64,000 nt of DNA from Eledone cirrhosa (lineage: Eukaryota): the NCBI GenBank assembly GCA_964016885.1, contig OZ024742.1, positions 357,616,001 through 357,680,000 on the forward strand, read 5' to 3'. Shown piece by piece: positions 1 through 10,311 of this stretch (the stretch's first letter is position 1; every line of letters begins with the position of its first letter). Both the position numbers and the translations under genes were made by a program. The notes under the pieces were generated by a model, which was not told the origin of the DNA, did not search any database, and saw only the letters and a program-made list of their open reading frames with translations.

Positions 1-1408
1 TTATCATCGTTATTATTACAATTACAATTATTTCCTATTACTATTAACATCTCTCGTCTTACTAACCATATCACCCTTTATTAAAAATGTTCCCCCTTCT
101 TATAGATATTCACCTAAATTTCTTTATACCACCATATATTCCTGTAGGATATTTCTCTAGGCGTATTTTCAGACGTTTAATAGCTAATATAAATTTAAAA
201 AATCATATATAATTTAACAATATAACTTACAAACATGAGAAAAAGATTTTGATTATAAAACAACGAAATACTGGAGGAAGATTCGAAAGCGAAACGATAA
301 ATAAACCTGGAAACAAAGTGGCGGGTGCTTTTGAGTAACAATTACTCTCGTTGGTTGATTAGCCAATAAGACGATACATAACAAAAGATGTTTGGGAGGC
401 ACCACCACGGCCAGCGATACCCCTTAAATTTTTTATTCACAAGCTACGCATATATGTCAGACACGCAGACTTAAAACATTCTGTTGTTAGTCACTGCGTG
501 TCTGACAGATACTTACGTCTATATGTCTATAGGTACACGCAGGCCGATGTGTATGATTGTATGTGTGTCTGTGCCTGTGAACACCTATATATGTGTGTAT
601 GTGTATATATATGAGTACAGATATGTATACGTATATACGCGTGTGTATGCCTGTAGCTATGAATATTTTGTATTTGCGTGTGTATGTGTGTATAGGTTAG
701 CCCTTATAGTTAGTGTAGCACCTAATTCATTTATGTATTCTTCTATTTATTTATAAAATATTCATTCCCTGCACAAGCCACAGTCCTTAATCCCATCATT
801 TCTAGTACCACATCCCCCTTTTCATACGTTTTACATACTAATCCCACCACAGAAGACATAACACTCCCTATCTCCTCCATTTTCATACTCACTTCTTTCT
901 CGTAGTATTCTTATCCTCAGTTTATGTTCAATTTACTTTTATTTATTTATCACTAACAAACATCTGACTAAACCAAACTCCATCTCCCTTTGGTCTAGCA
1001 TTGCACCCTTTCATCTCCCATCACTTATCACCCCTAACCACCCCTACAATATTACCCAGTATCCTCACTTCACCCCATAAATGCTATAATATCTATGAAA
1101 CAGCCAAAACACCACACACCCGCAACTCACGCTAACCATTGCTTCCCAACACCACCTCTTCATTACAATCGTTCCCCCTCCTATCACACATAACAAAACT
1201 TCCTTCTAGCAAAACTACCAATCAAAATGACCTTTAAATGACCAACACAAATGAATGTGAATCATTAGATACTTTTTTCTAAGCCCTAAGAGGTTCATAG
1301 TGCCATTACCACAACAGAGGTCCGACAAGCTTTTGATTCCAGTGTCGGGCTAGGTTGATACAGATCAAACTACGTAATGAAGACATAACAAATCGCCCTT
1401 TTTATTAT

Positions 1409-1600
1409 TGGATTGGCAGTATCGGTAGAGGATCGGTCGCCATGCTTTGACGTAAAGAATGATGGCCCTTTCCATTCTGAGTTCAAATCCCGCCAAAGTT
1501 AACTTTGCCTTTCATCTTTACGGGGTCGATAAAATAAAGTACCAGTAATGCACTGAGATAATTGCTGGCCTTGTGCCAAAAGTAGAAACAATTATTATTA
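1409..1600 (+). mobile_element. SINE family A
   Basis: Same body, (ATT)n tail. Confidence 0.88.
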
Positions 1601-1719
1601 TCATTATTACACTCTGCTCAGAGTGTAATAATGATAATTAGTACTACACCTCTATGCTTACTGGAAACTATGCATCGAGTGCTCACTCTGGTGAACCTAC
1701 AGTAACTGGACGTTACAAT

Positions 1720-1808
<89 letters not shown>

Positions 1809-1810
<2 letters not shown>

Positions 1811-2240
1811 CATCATCACCATGTTATGTCCATTCTTCCATGCTAGCATGGGTTTGACGGGTTGTCCTCTTGTGAGCAATGCTAGGTCAAGTGTCCATGT
1901 CTTGCTTATACAGAACTGATTTGGGCTTGGTTTCTACAGTTGGATGCCCTTCCTAACACCAACCTCATTTACAGTGAGTACTGGGTGCTTTTTGACATGA
2001 CACCTACATGACCACTTTACAGTGTGCTGGGTGCTTCACTGGATGAATACTTCAGTCTGTCCTCATGAGAGATGAATGAGAGAGAGTGGTGGGGCATACT
2101 GTATATATGCTTCAGCTTCAACTTGTGCCTATGGGAAGTTGGGTCTGCGTAACACCAGAGATCTCGGTTCTGTATCATCGTGTTTATATTCTAACCCATG
2201 CTAGTGTGGAAAAATGGGATATTAAACGGAAATGATGATA
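1809..2240 (-). mobile_element. RTE-tail-related non-autonomous repeat (other copies near 17796-18125 -, 20033-20185 -, 38345-38530 +, 43711-44010 -)
   Basis: Shared motifs catcatcat...ccatgctagcatgggtt and ggatgcccttcctaacaccaac with the RTE 3' UTR. Confidence 0.7.
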
Positions 2241-2943
2241 TATATATATATGGAAAAGCGAAGCGAAACGCAAAAATCAGAAATGATACTGGCAAATTGC
2301 TCAATAGTTAAAAACCAGAGCTAAACAATGTGTTAAGAAGCCCTACAAAACTGAAAAGGTGGTCAAGAAAGCATTAACCACCCAAGCCAAAAACCAAATC
2401 AAGCTAAACAGGTCAAAACAAAATAAGTGATAACAAGACCTGGATTCCCGGAATTGCTGTTAAAATCCGATGTAGAGTTTCTGTGAGACCTAAAACAAAA
2501 TACAGTCTGCTTAAAAATATAAGCTTTTGTATAACGATCGAACAAGGAATATCAAGTTATCAACAGGTATTTCGCTCTGTACCAAATAAGTGAATGACAC
2601 GGTGGTAAGTTAAACCACGTGTGGAAATCACAAGGGGAATAACCCCAGATTTTGGCAAAGTAATTCAGTTGGTGTATATTATGCGAAAAATAGCATAAAT
2701 AGCACAAATCGAATAAGTTCTCAACCGAGTAGTTTAAAATAAACTTATACAATTAACCTGTCAATAGAAATTATTAGCAAGTTACTTGTAAGACACGGGA
2801 GATTGAAAATGCGATTCTCGCTGAATCTTTATTTGTATATATATATATATTAATAAATATTTGCTCTACGGTTCTTATATATTTGATATATATTTATACT
2901 TATCGAGCCCTCTTTGGATTTTAGTCTTCAAATTTATTATTAT

Positions 2944-2988
<45 letters not shown>

Positions 2989-3715
2989 TCATTTATTGAA
3001 ATGGAACCAGCAGGAGGGCACGTTTACAGCTCCTTTCTTAAACACTCTTAAACAAATCCCAACAGCACTCCCAATCAATTATCTTGCTGTGACCATTCAC
3101 CATTTTCTGCGAATTATGTATGTGTGTATATGTGTATGCTTTAATTCCTTTAAATCTTCATCAACACTCCTTCACTCTCACACTCATTAACACCCCACCC
3201 CACACCCCAGACACATCCAAATCTCTCTTATATATCGAGTCACACATCATAACACAACCAGATCTCTCCTGGGGAACTTTCACGGGCGAATGCGAGAAAG
3301 TTCTCGAGGAAAGTTAACCAGGAATCTTTAAATATCTCCTCAACGAAGTTAACAAACAACTTACTAGATCTACCAAATCATAATATTATAATATTATAAA
3401 ATCTAATGAAATTGTTTAGAAATACAAGTGAAGTCATTTATTTTTATTTTATTTATTTATTTAAATAAAATTAAAATGGCGTAAACATTACAATACAATA
3501 CAATAGAAGGGAACATGATAATGGTACCACTGATGATGTTACAGATGTGCAACGAAAGAACTTTGTTAGACTATATATATATATATTTATCTGTATTGTT
3601 AACCATTGGTCAATCAATGATAAACATTGATTGCCAAATAAATTAACTTTGGAGATATAAAAGAAGCGAAAACTAACGAACCAGTGAGTGTGTTCTGTTA
3701 TTATTTCTGGCAATA

Positions 3716-3900
3716 GGGCGGTGAATTGGCAGTATCGGTAGAGGGTTGGACGCCATGCTTTCCAGCATAGTTACATCCCTTTATGGTCTGAGTTCAAATC
3801 CCGCCGAGGTTAACTTTGCCTTTCATCCTTACGGGGTCGATAAAATAAAGTACCAGTAATGTACTGGGTATTTGCTGGCCTTGTGCCAAAAGTAGAAACA
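3716..3900 (+). mobile_element. tRNA-derived SINE (family A) with 16-bp TSD
   Basis: A-box-like TGGCAGTATCGG, B-box GAGTTCAAATCC, body gcctttcatccttacggggtcgataaaataaagtaccag; TSD attatttctggcaata at 3700-3715 and 3901-3916. Confidence 0.92.
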
Positions 3901-4015
3901 ATTATTTCTGGCAATATTATTACAACAATATGGCCGTCTCCAAGTATAACAATATGTGTTTCGCCACATGATTTCATATAAAAAACCTTGCAAAACAAAT
4001 ATATAAATATATATA

Positions 4016-4179
4016 TAGTTAATTTATTTGGCAATCAATGTTTATCATTGATTGACTAATGGTTAAAAATACAGATAAAAAAAAATATATATAGTATAAC
4101 AAAGTTCTTTCGTTGCACATCTGTAACATCATCAGTGAAGTTATTATTTTCCTTTTTTCAAATATATATATATATATAT

Positions 4180-4245
<66 letters not shown>

Positions 4246-4408
4246 ATATATATATATATATATTTGAAAAAAGGAAAATAATAACTTCACTGATGATGTT
4301 ACAGATGTGCAACGAAAGAACTTTGTTATACTATATATATTTTTTTTATCTGTATTTTTAACCATTAGTCAATCAATGATAAACATTGATTGCCAAATAA
4401 ATTAACTA
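4016..4408. repeat. Essentially perfect ~390-bp palindrome centred on (TA)n
   Basis: Arms are exact reverse complements; ORFs 4113+ and 4312- give the same translation. Confidence 0.92.
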
Positions 4409-4526
4409 TGGAGATATAAAAGAAGCGAAAACTAACCAAACAGTGAATGTGTTCTGTTATTATTTCTGGCAATATTATTCCAACAATATGACCCTCCCCA
4501 AGTATAAATATATAAATATATATATA

Positions 4527-4720
4527 TAGGAACGAGTAGGACCCCGACGGCTGAGCTTGAGCCGTTTCAACGGCTAATTCAGTCCAGAATTAGCCGTCGA
4601 AACGGCTTGAGCTCAGCCGTCAGGGTCCTACTCGTTCCTATTACCCACTCTACTACCCTAAGTATTGAGTACTTTGGTGCGTTATGGTCCACCTGATTCC
4701 TTACCACATTTCCTTCGTTA
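4527..4720. repeat. Fold-back element; related rearranged copy at 41077-41191
   Basis: taggaacgagtaggacc...ggtcctactcgttccta near-palindrome 4527-4640; 4673-4720 is the reverse complement of 41077-41125. Confidence 0.85.
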
Positions 4721-4729
4721 TATATATAT

Positions 4730-6720
4730 TATAGCGAAGATACTGGGTGGTTGTATGAATGTAACAAGGAGACATGGTTTGTGTGTATAATATTTAATTA
4801 ACAATCATGGATATATATAGAACAGTATAGTTGTCATGTCAAAGTAATAGATGATAGAATGAAGCAAAGTTAGTAGTTACCGTTTTGATTGCCAGGCAAA
4901 CGCGAGACGCCTGGCGAAGGCCAGGTGCCGGAAGGGCAAATGAGAGGGAGAGAGCCGAAGGCTATTCGTTTTATAGGGCTCTGCCGGAAGTTACAGAAAG
5001 GGTTCTACTTCCCGTCTAGATGTTGTTAATCTATTGGGGTTGTGAGTCACAACAAGGGAGACAACCGCTACATAACCTCCCGCCAGAATTTTAGAATATA
5101 AAAATCGCATGAAATATGTAGCAAGTTGGCGAGAATGTTGTAACAGGCATGAAAATTACGACAAAAGAATGTTTGCAAAAATCAATGATAGATATCAAGG
5201 TAGCCAACCGCTCTTGGCCAGAGAACGACTGGACATCTATCTATCCATCACCCAAAGATACAATGTAATAAAGTAAGAGAAGAGCTCAAAGTTCAAATGT
5301 ACAAAATATAGTTCACAGGTGTGCAATCACTTGACAGCAGGAAAGAAAGTGTGTTCCAGAGAATGAATGCAGGTGGTTTCTGTTCTGTGGTATATCGTGA
5401 AATTTCCAACCTCCGAATGGATTTTCTCACAGGAAGAGTGCTGCAAAAATAAATTCTCTGGCTTGTTCTGCTGGTTTTGGTTGTTGGTGAAGCTGTGTTG
5501 CTGTCTCGCGGAGTGAGCGTATTCGGTGTTTAAATTCACAGTAAAAAAAATTTTTTCAGAAAAAATGAGTTGCGCAAAGTGCTAGAAATAACAGCCGAAG
5601 TTGATGGTCGATGTTGAGAATGCGTTGACCTGGAAGGGTCAAGAGGCCAGCGACCAAAGAAATAAGCATTCTGAATAAATGCGCAGTTTTCAATGGCAAA
5701 TTTACGTGGTAAATTTTTAAACCGGCAAATAGGAGAATATAGCTTAAGGCTGAAGAATCCTTGGCGAGAAACGTTATCTCTGGCGTGCGGCTATCTCTGT
5801 GAGTCGAGATATCTCTGTGAGTCGAGAATTTGTGCTGCCCACACGTGCCAACACAAGGTTAAGCTAGGTTGAAAAAATAATATTTCTAACGCGCGAGAAA
5901 ATGATAGTACAAGTGTGAAAGTGACAATGATGAAAAAGAAAGGCTTCACTTAGCATTATTATTGGTGTGAACTTTTGAAAAAAAAACTTGAACGATGAAG
6001 AAAACGATGAAAAAAAAGGCAATGGTTCATCGAAAATAAATGTTCCTGTTGAAATGTTTTTTAAAGAATATCAAATTTCTTTTTTTTTTTTTTTTTTTTT
6101 GAAAGTGTTCGTTGTAAGAAACGAGAAACATATATATATATCGTGAAATGCGACAGTTAGTTGATGCGTGAGAGAAAAAGTCTGTCTGTGCGAAAATTTC
6201 ACATGTGCGTGGTGTGTTCGTTTCTTTGACTGAGTATTTTCATAGTTTGTCAATAAATTTGCTGTGTATTCGTAATGTTACTCACACAACACCAGATTCT
6301 GCTATCTTTTTCTTTTTTCGGGGTGACCACTTATAGCGATGAACGGCTGCGTGTTCGTATCACGTCAGGGTTACCAATATAGCGATTATACTGGGTGGTT
6401 GTATGAATGTAACAAGGAGACATGGTTTGTGTGTATAATATTTAATTAACAATCATGGATATATATAGAACAGTATAGTTGTCATGTCAAAGTAATAGAT
6501 GATAGAATGAAGCAAAGTTAGTAGTTACCGTTTTGATTGCCAGGCAAACGCGAGACGCCTGGCGAAGGCCAGGCGCCGGAAGGGCAAATGAGAGGGAGAG
6601 AGCCGAAGGCTATTCGTTTTATAGGGCTCTGCCGGAAGTTACAGAAAGGGTTCTACTTCCCGTCTAGATGTTGTTAATCTATTGGGGTTGTGAGTCACAA
6701 CAAGGGAGACAACCGCTACA
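4730..6720 (-). mobile_element. Non-autonomous LTR retroelement (TRIM/LARD-like)
   Basis: 343-bp direct repeats 4730-5072 and 6378-6720 with 3 visible differences; on - strand begins TGTAGCG and ends CGCTATA; PBS TGGTAACCCTGACGTGAT at about 6359-6376; purine-rich GGCGGGAGG before the 3' LTR; 1.3-kb internal region without recognisable ORF; ATAT on both sides. Confidence 0.92.
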
Positions 6721-7169
6721 ATATATATATAATTGAATAAACAAGAGAGATGAACACTAATATAAACATACATGTGTTCGAATCGTAAGGACCAAATTTG
6801 CTAGGGTGAAAAAATACTAACTACAGCAATATGGTAACAATATTGCTGTAGTTATTATTTTTTCACACTAGCAAATTTATTCCTTACGATTCGAACACAT
6901 GTATGTTTATATTAGTGTTCACCTCTCTTGTTTATTCAATTATATTGTACGGCTCGGAAAAGCTTTTTTCTTAGAGCTATTTAATTGTAAGTAACTACTC
7001 TGAGTTATGTCATGTAGAGCTAATTTTTAATGTCCTGTCAGCCAGGCTGCTATTTTTAGCGGCAGGGAATTTCGAGACAAGCTGGGTTCCGAATGACACG
7101 TGCGATAATTCATATCGTACACAATTCATTCTCTAATATTTTTAGAAGTGAAAGGATCACTAATTTCTC

Positions 7170-7251
7170 AACAACTACTGAGGAGCAGAGAAACGTGAGA
7201 ACTTCACTTAATAAGTCGTTGCGGAACAGCCTCCAACACTGTCTAGTTGTT
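7170..7251 (+). ncRNA. Hammerhead ribozyme motif with one core substitution (GGAA for GAAA)
   Basis: AACAACUA-CUGAGGA-GCA...UGC-GGAACAG-loop-CUGUC^UAGUUGUU; 8-bp stem I, 4-bp stem III, GUC triplet. Confidence 0.7.
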
Positions 7252-7391
7252 ACCAGGCATTTTGCCCAATATAGGTCTGTTATTTTTCTTAATTTTTCTT
7301 AATTTAATATTTAAAGTTAAGGATAACAAACCATATTGCTGTAGTTAGTATGTTTTCACCTTAGAAAATTTGGTCCTTACGATTCGAACAC

Positions 7392-8010
7392 ATCATTAAC
7401 GCCCATCTTCCACGCTAGCATGGGTTTGGACGGGAATTGTCCCACTTGAAGCAAGATTGGTTGTCTTGCATGTATAGGACTGTCTGGCGGATTTTCTACG
7501 GCTGGATGCCCTTCCTACCACTACAGTGTGGACTGGGAGGTTTTTACCGTGGACTGTTTATTTTTTGTCGTGACACCTAGACGACCTCATTTATTTAGGA
7601 CTGGATGTTGGGGCACCAACATTACTTTACATCGAAAGGGGTGGTGTAGATGGGGGTGGGGGTAGGGGTATGGGACGGGGGTGTATTTTGGTTAAGAGGT
7701 GCCTACTGACTGTAGGTTTCGCTTTGTACTTAGGCAAGGCGGGTCTTCTGTATTAATGTGTAGCGCCAAAGATCTCGGTCCAGTGACATTGTCTTGGAGA
7801 GTTGTAAGTATGTGAGGTCGGAATTTATCAAGTCGTCCCAGGTTTTTCTGGGTCTGCGTACTCCGTAGCTACCGTCTATTTTGATCGCCCTGCACTTGTT
7901 TATACAGCTGTCGTCTTTCATGCGCATCACGTGACCATACCAACGTAGTCTTCTCTCGAGTAAATAGCATCTGATACCTCTTATTCCTAAATTCTCACTT
8001 AGTTAATTTA
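7392..8010 (-). mobile_element. 3' fragment of the RTE LINE inserted into a fold-back repeat
   Basis: ORF 7730-7930 matches the RTE C-terminus. Host sequence ...gattcgaacaca | tgtatgtttata... is contiguous in the uninterrupted copy at about 6888-6912. Confidence 0.9.
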
Positions 8011-8319
8011 TGTATGTTTATATTAGTGTTCATCTCTCTTCTTTATTCAATTATATTGTATGGCTCGGAAAAGCTTTTTTCTTATAGCTATTTAATTAAC
8101 TTATATTAGTTATTAACTCAATACATATATATACATGTTGATGATTTATTGTTGAAGAATAAAAACTAGTGATTAAATAAAAATATGTTTCTTAAAATGA
8201 GGTCCCAAACGGCTCTATGGTATAACTTATTTAGCTTATAGGTAAATCAAACACTGAATTCTGGGGCCAATCAGATAAATAAGACTTATGCACTGATGTT
8301 CACTATATAGACTACACTG

Positions 8320-8525
8320 TGGAATGACAGAATCGGTAGAGCATTGTACACATTGTTTTATATCATTTGTTCTGCCTCTCTATATTCTGAGTTCAAACCC
8401 CATTGAGGCGAGCTTTGTTTTTCCACTCACCAGAGTTGGAAAAGTACCAATAAAATATGGTGAAGGATTTAATCAATGTTCTACTCTCCCAAAATTGTTG
8501 GTCTTCTGTCTAATTTAGAAATCAA
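8320..8525 (+). mobile_element. Diverged SINE family A relative
   Basis: gaatcggtagag...ctgagttcaaacc...aaagtacca...tagaaa. Confidence 0.6.
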
Positions 8526-9299
8526 TATATAGACTTCACGTGCCATCCTAATATGTCATTGCTTTTTCCAATGTAAGATGTTGAGATTTTAAGAATATAA
8601 TCATTATATTTATTCTTAAAGTACCACTAATGAATATGAGGAGTTTTGATTAATCTGTCGAAAAGGAGAGGCTAGTAAGTTATATTGACAGCTATAGTAA
8701 TACCAGGACAACAACTACAGCTTAAGTAGAGGTGGGTCGAGTGAATCATATTTAGAGAAATTATCAAATTTTTTCAAAATAATTTAAGAGAAGATATTAT
8801 ACTAAATTATTCCACTACTCATCTGCAAATACATCACATTTGTCACATCAGCGATGACGGGATACTGGAAACATAAGATTTAGAATGATTTTTTTTTTCA
8901 TGAAGAATTTAGAAACATTTAACATTTGAAGGATACATTGAAAAGTTAGTGTTTAATTTTACCTCTCTTCCTTTTGAGTTCATACGATAACATTACTTTT
9001 CATCGTTTTAGAGACAGAAAAGACATACACAATCTTGACAAAGGCCAATAACCCAGAAACAATATTGGTGTTTGTTCCTGTGTAACCGCTAGAACAAAAG
9101 GATGGTGATGGTCAACTAAAAAATGTAGCATAACGAGGCTGTTTGTTTGCAAAGAAACGAATATTTTTATTATTTGATATAAAATTCATGAAATAATTTG
9201 CTCCCATGTAAAACGATGATTGAAGAATCAATAGATAACTAACCATCTCCTACTGTGAGAGTGAGGATATCTAAGGGCTTTAGAGGGGACGTATCTAAA

Positions 9300-9580
9300 T
9301 TGTGAGGTTGTGAGTTCGATTCCTGGCAGTGCGTTGTGTCATTGAGCAAGACACTTTATTTCACATTGCTCCAGTCGACTCAATTGGCAAAAATGAGTTG
9401 TACCTTTATTTCGAATGGCTGGCCTTGCCACATTCTGTGTCATGCTAAATATCCCTAAGAGCTACTTTAAGGGTACGCATGTCATTGAAATGCTCAGTCA
9501 CTTGCATGTTTATTTCAAGAGCAGGCTGTTCCATTGAGCGCATGAACTGGAACACTCATTGTCGTAACTGACTGAGTACC
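9300..9580 (+). mobile_element. Second tRNA-derived SINE family (related copy 40658-40965, fragment about 19030-19105)
   Basis: gaggttgtgagttcgattcc B box; shared acactttatttcac.ttgctccagt..actca. Confidence 0.65.
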
Positions 9581-9789
9581 TAAAAAAAAAAGTGTTACTG
9601 GAGGTGCCTGGATAGCTTGGGGTGTACAGTGATGGTAAAGAGTAGCTACTAGGGAGAACTCGGAAATGTGGGGACACAGGAATGTATCAGGTTGTATGCT
9701 GGTGGCCAGGACTTCAGCAGCAGAACACTAGCCTTCACACACCTTTGTCGTCTCTGCTGTGAGGTTTAGTTTAAGGTCTAAATGTGTGC

Positions 9790-9955
9790 TCTAACTCTTT
9801 ACTTCTGTGCATCTGCCACAGACAAAGTCTGTCTTTTCTATTAGTCTGCCTGCACTCGCTCTACATCTCTTGCTCATCAATACATTAGATAGTGTCCACT
9901 TTATGGAATTCCTTTTCACACTTTTCTGATATATTGAACAAGTCCAATTCCCTGA
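9790..9955 (-). mobile_element. Degraded RTE internal fragment (PHD-finger part)
   Basis: SGNWTCSI...RNSI...DFVCGRC matches the finger in the full copy. Confidence 0.65.
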
Positions 9956-10089
9956 TATATATTTGCATATCCGTGGGTGTGCATGTATATTCGAACACAT
10001 ATATATATGTGTGTGTGTATATGTGAGTTTGCTTGTATGTTCATGTTTTGCATATATACATTGCTAAAGGGTTTAACCCTTTTTTTTAA

Positions 10090-10307
10090 CCCTTTAGCAT
10101 TTACATTACTCTATATATACTATTGTATTTTCATGGTAAAGCCTTTCTTACATAATTATCTCACATAATATTGAATCTATGAGATTTTGACATTATTCAT
10201 TTTGAGAAAAATACCTTAACATAAGTATGAGTGACCAGTTATGGCCAGTTTGAACAGAAGAGGAGAGAGAATTCTGGCCGGATATGGCAGGTTTAAATGC
10301 TAAAGGG
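10090..10307. mobile_element. piggyBac-type MITE (other copies 26330-26540, 60070-60258)
   Basis: TTAA|CCCTTTAGCATTTA ... TAAATGCTAAAGGG|TTAA; three related copies, all TTAA-flanked. Confidence 0.85.
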
Positions 10308-10311
10308 TTAA

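Larger units (their letters stand above)
3525..4508 (+). repeat. Copies of the same Penelope terminal repeat (direct, SINE-interrupted and inverted); further copies 41020-41065 and 45586-45720
   Basis: Shared gcgaaaac...gtgttctgttatta.ttctggca...atatgaccctccc.aagtata with the reverse complement of 56992-57240. Confidence 0.8.
6728..8098 (+). repeat. Fold-back + partial tandem non-coding element (unit about 490 bp) containing a hammerhead
   Basis: 6728-6835 is inverted relative to 6840-6945; that block recurs at about 7333-7391 + 8011-8098. Confidence 0.8.

Noticed and set aside
456-507. Hairpin tgtcagacacgcag...ctgcgtgtctgaca
   Set aside because: Single occurrence in low-complexity sequence; no supporting context.
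3716-3810. tRNA gene from A/B boxes
   Set aside because: No cloverleaf; it is the head of a multi-copy SINE with TSDs.
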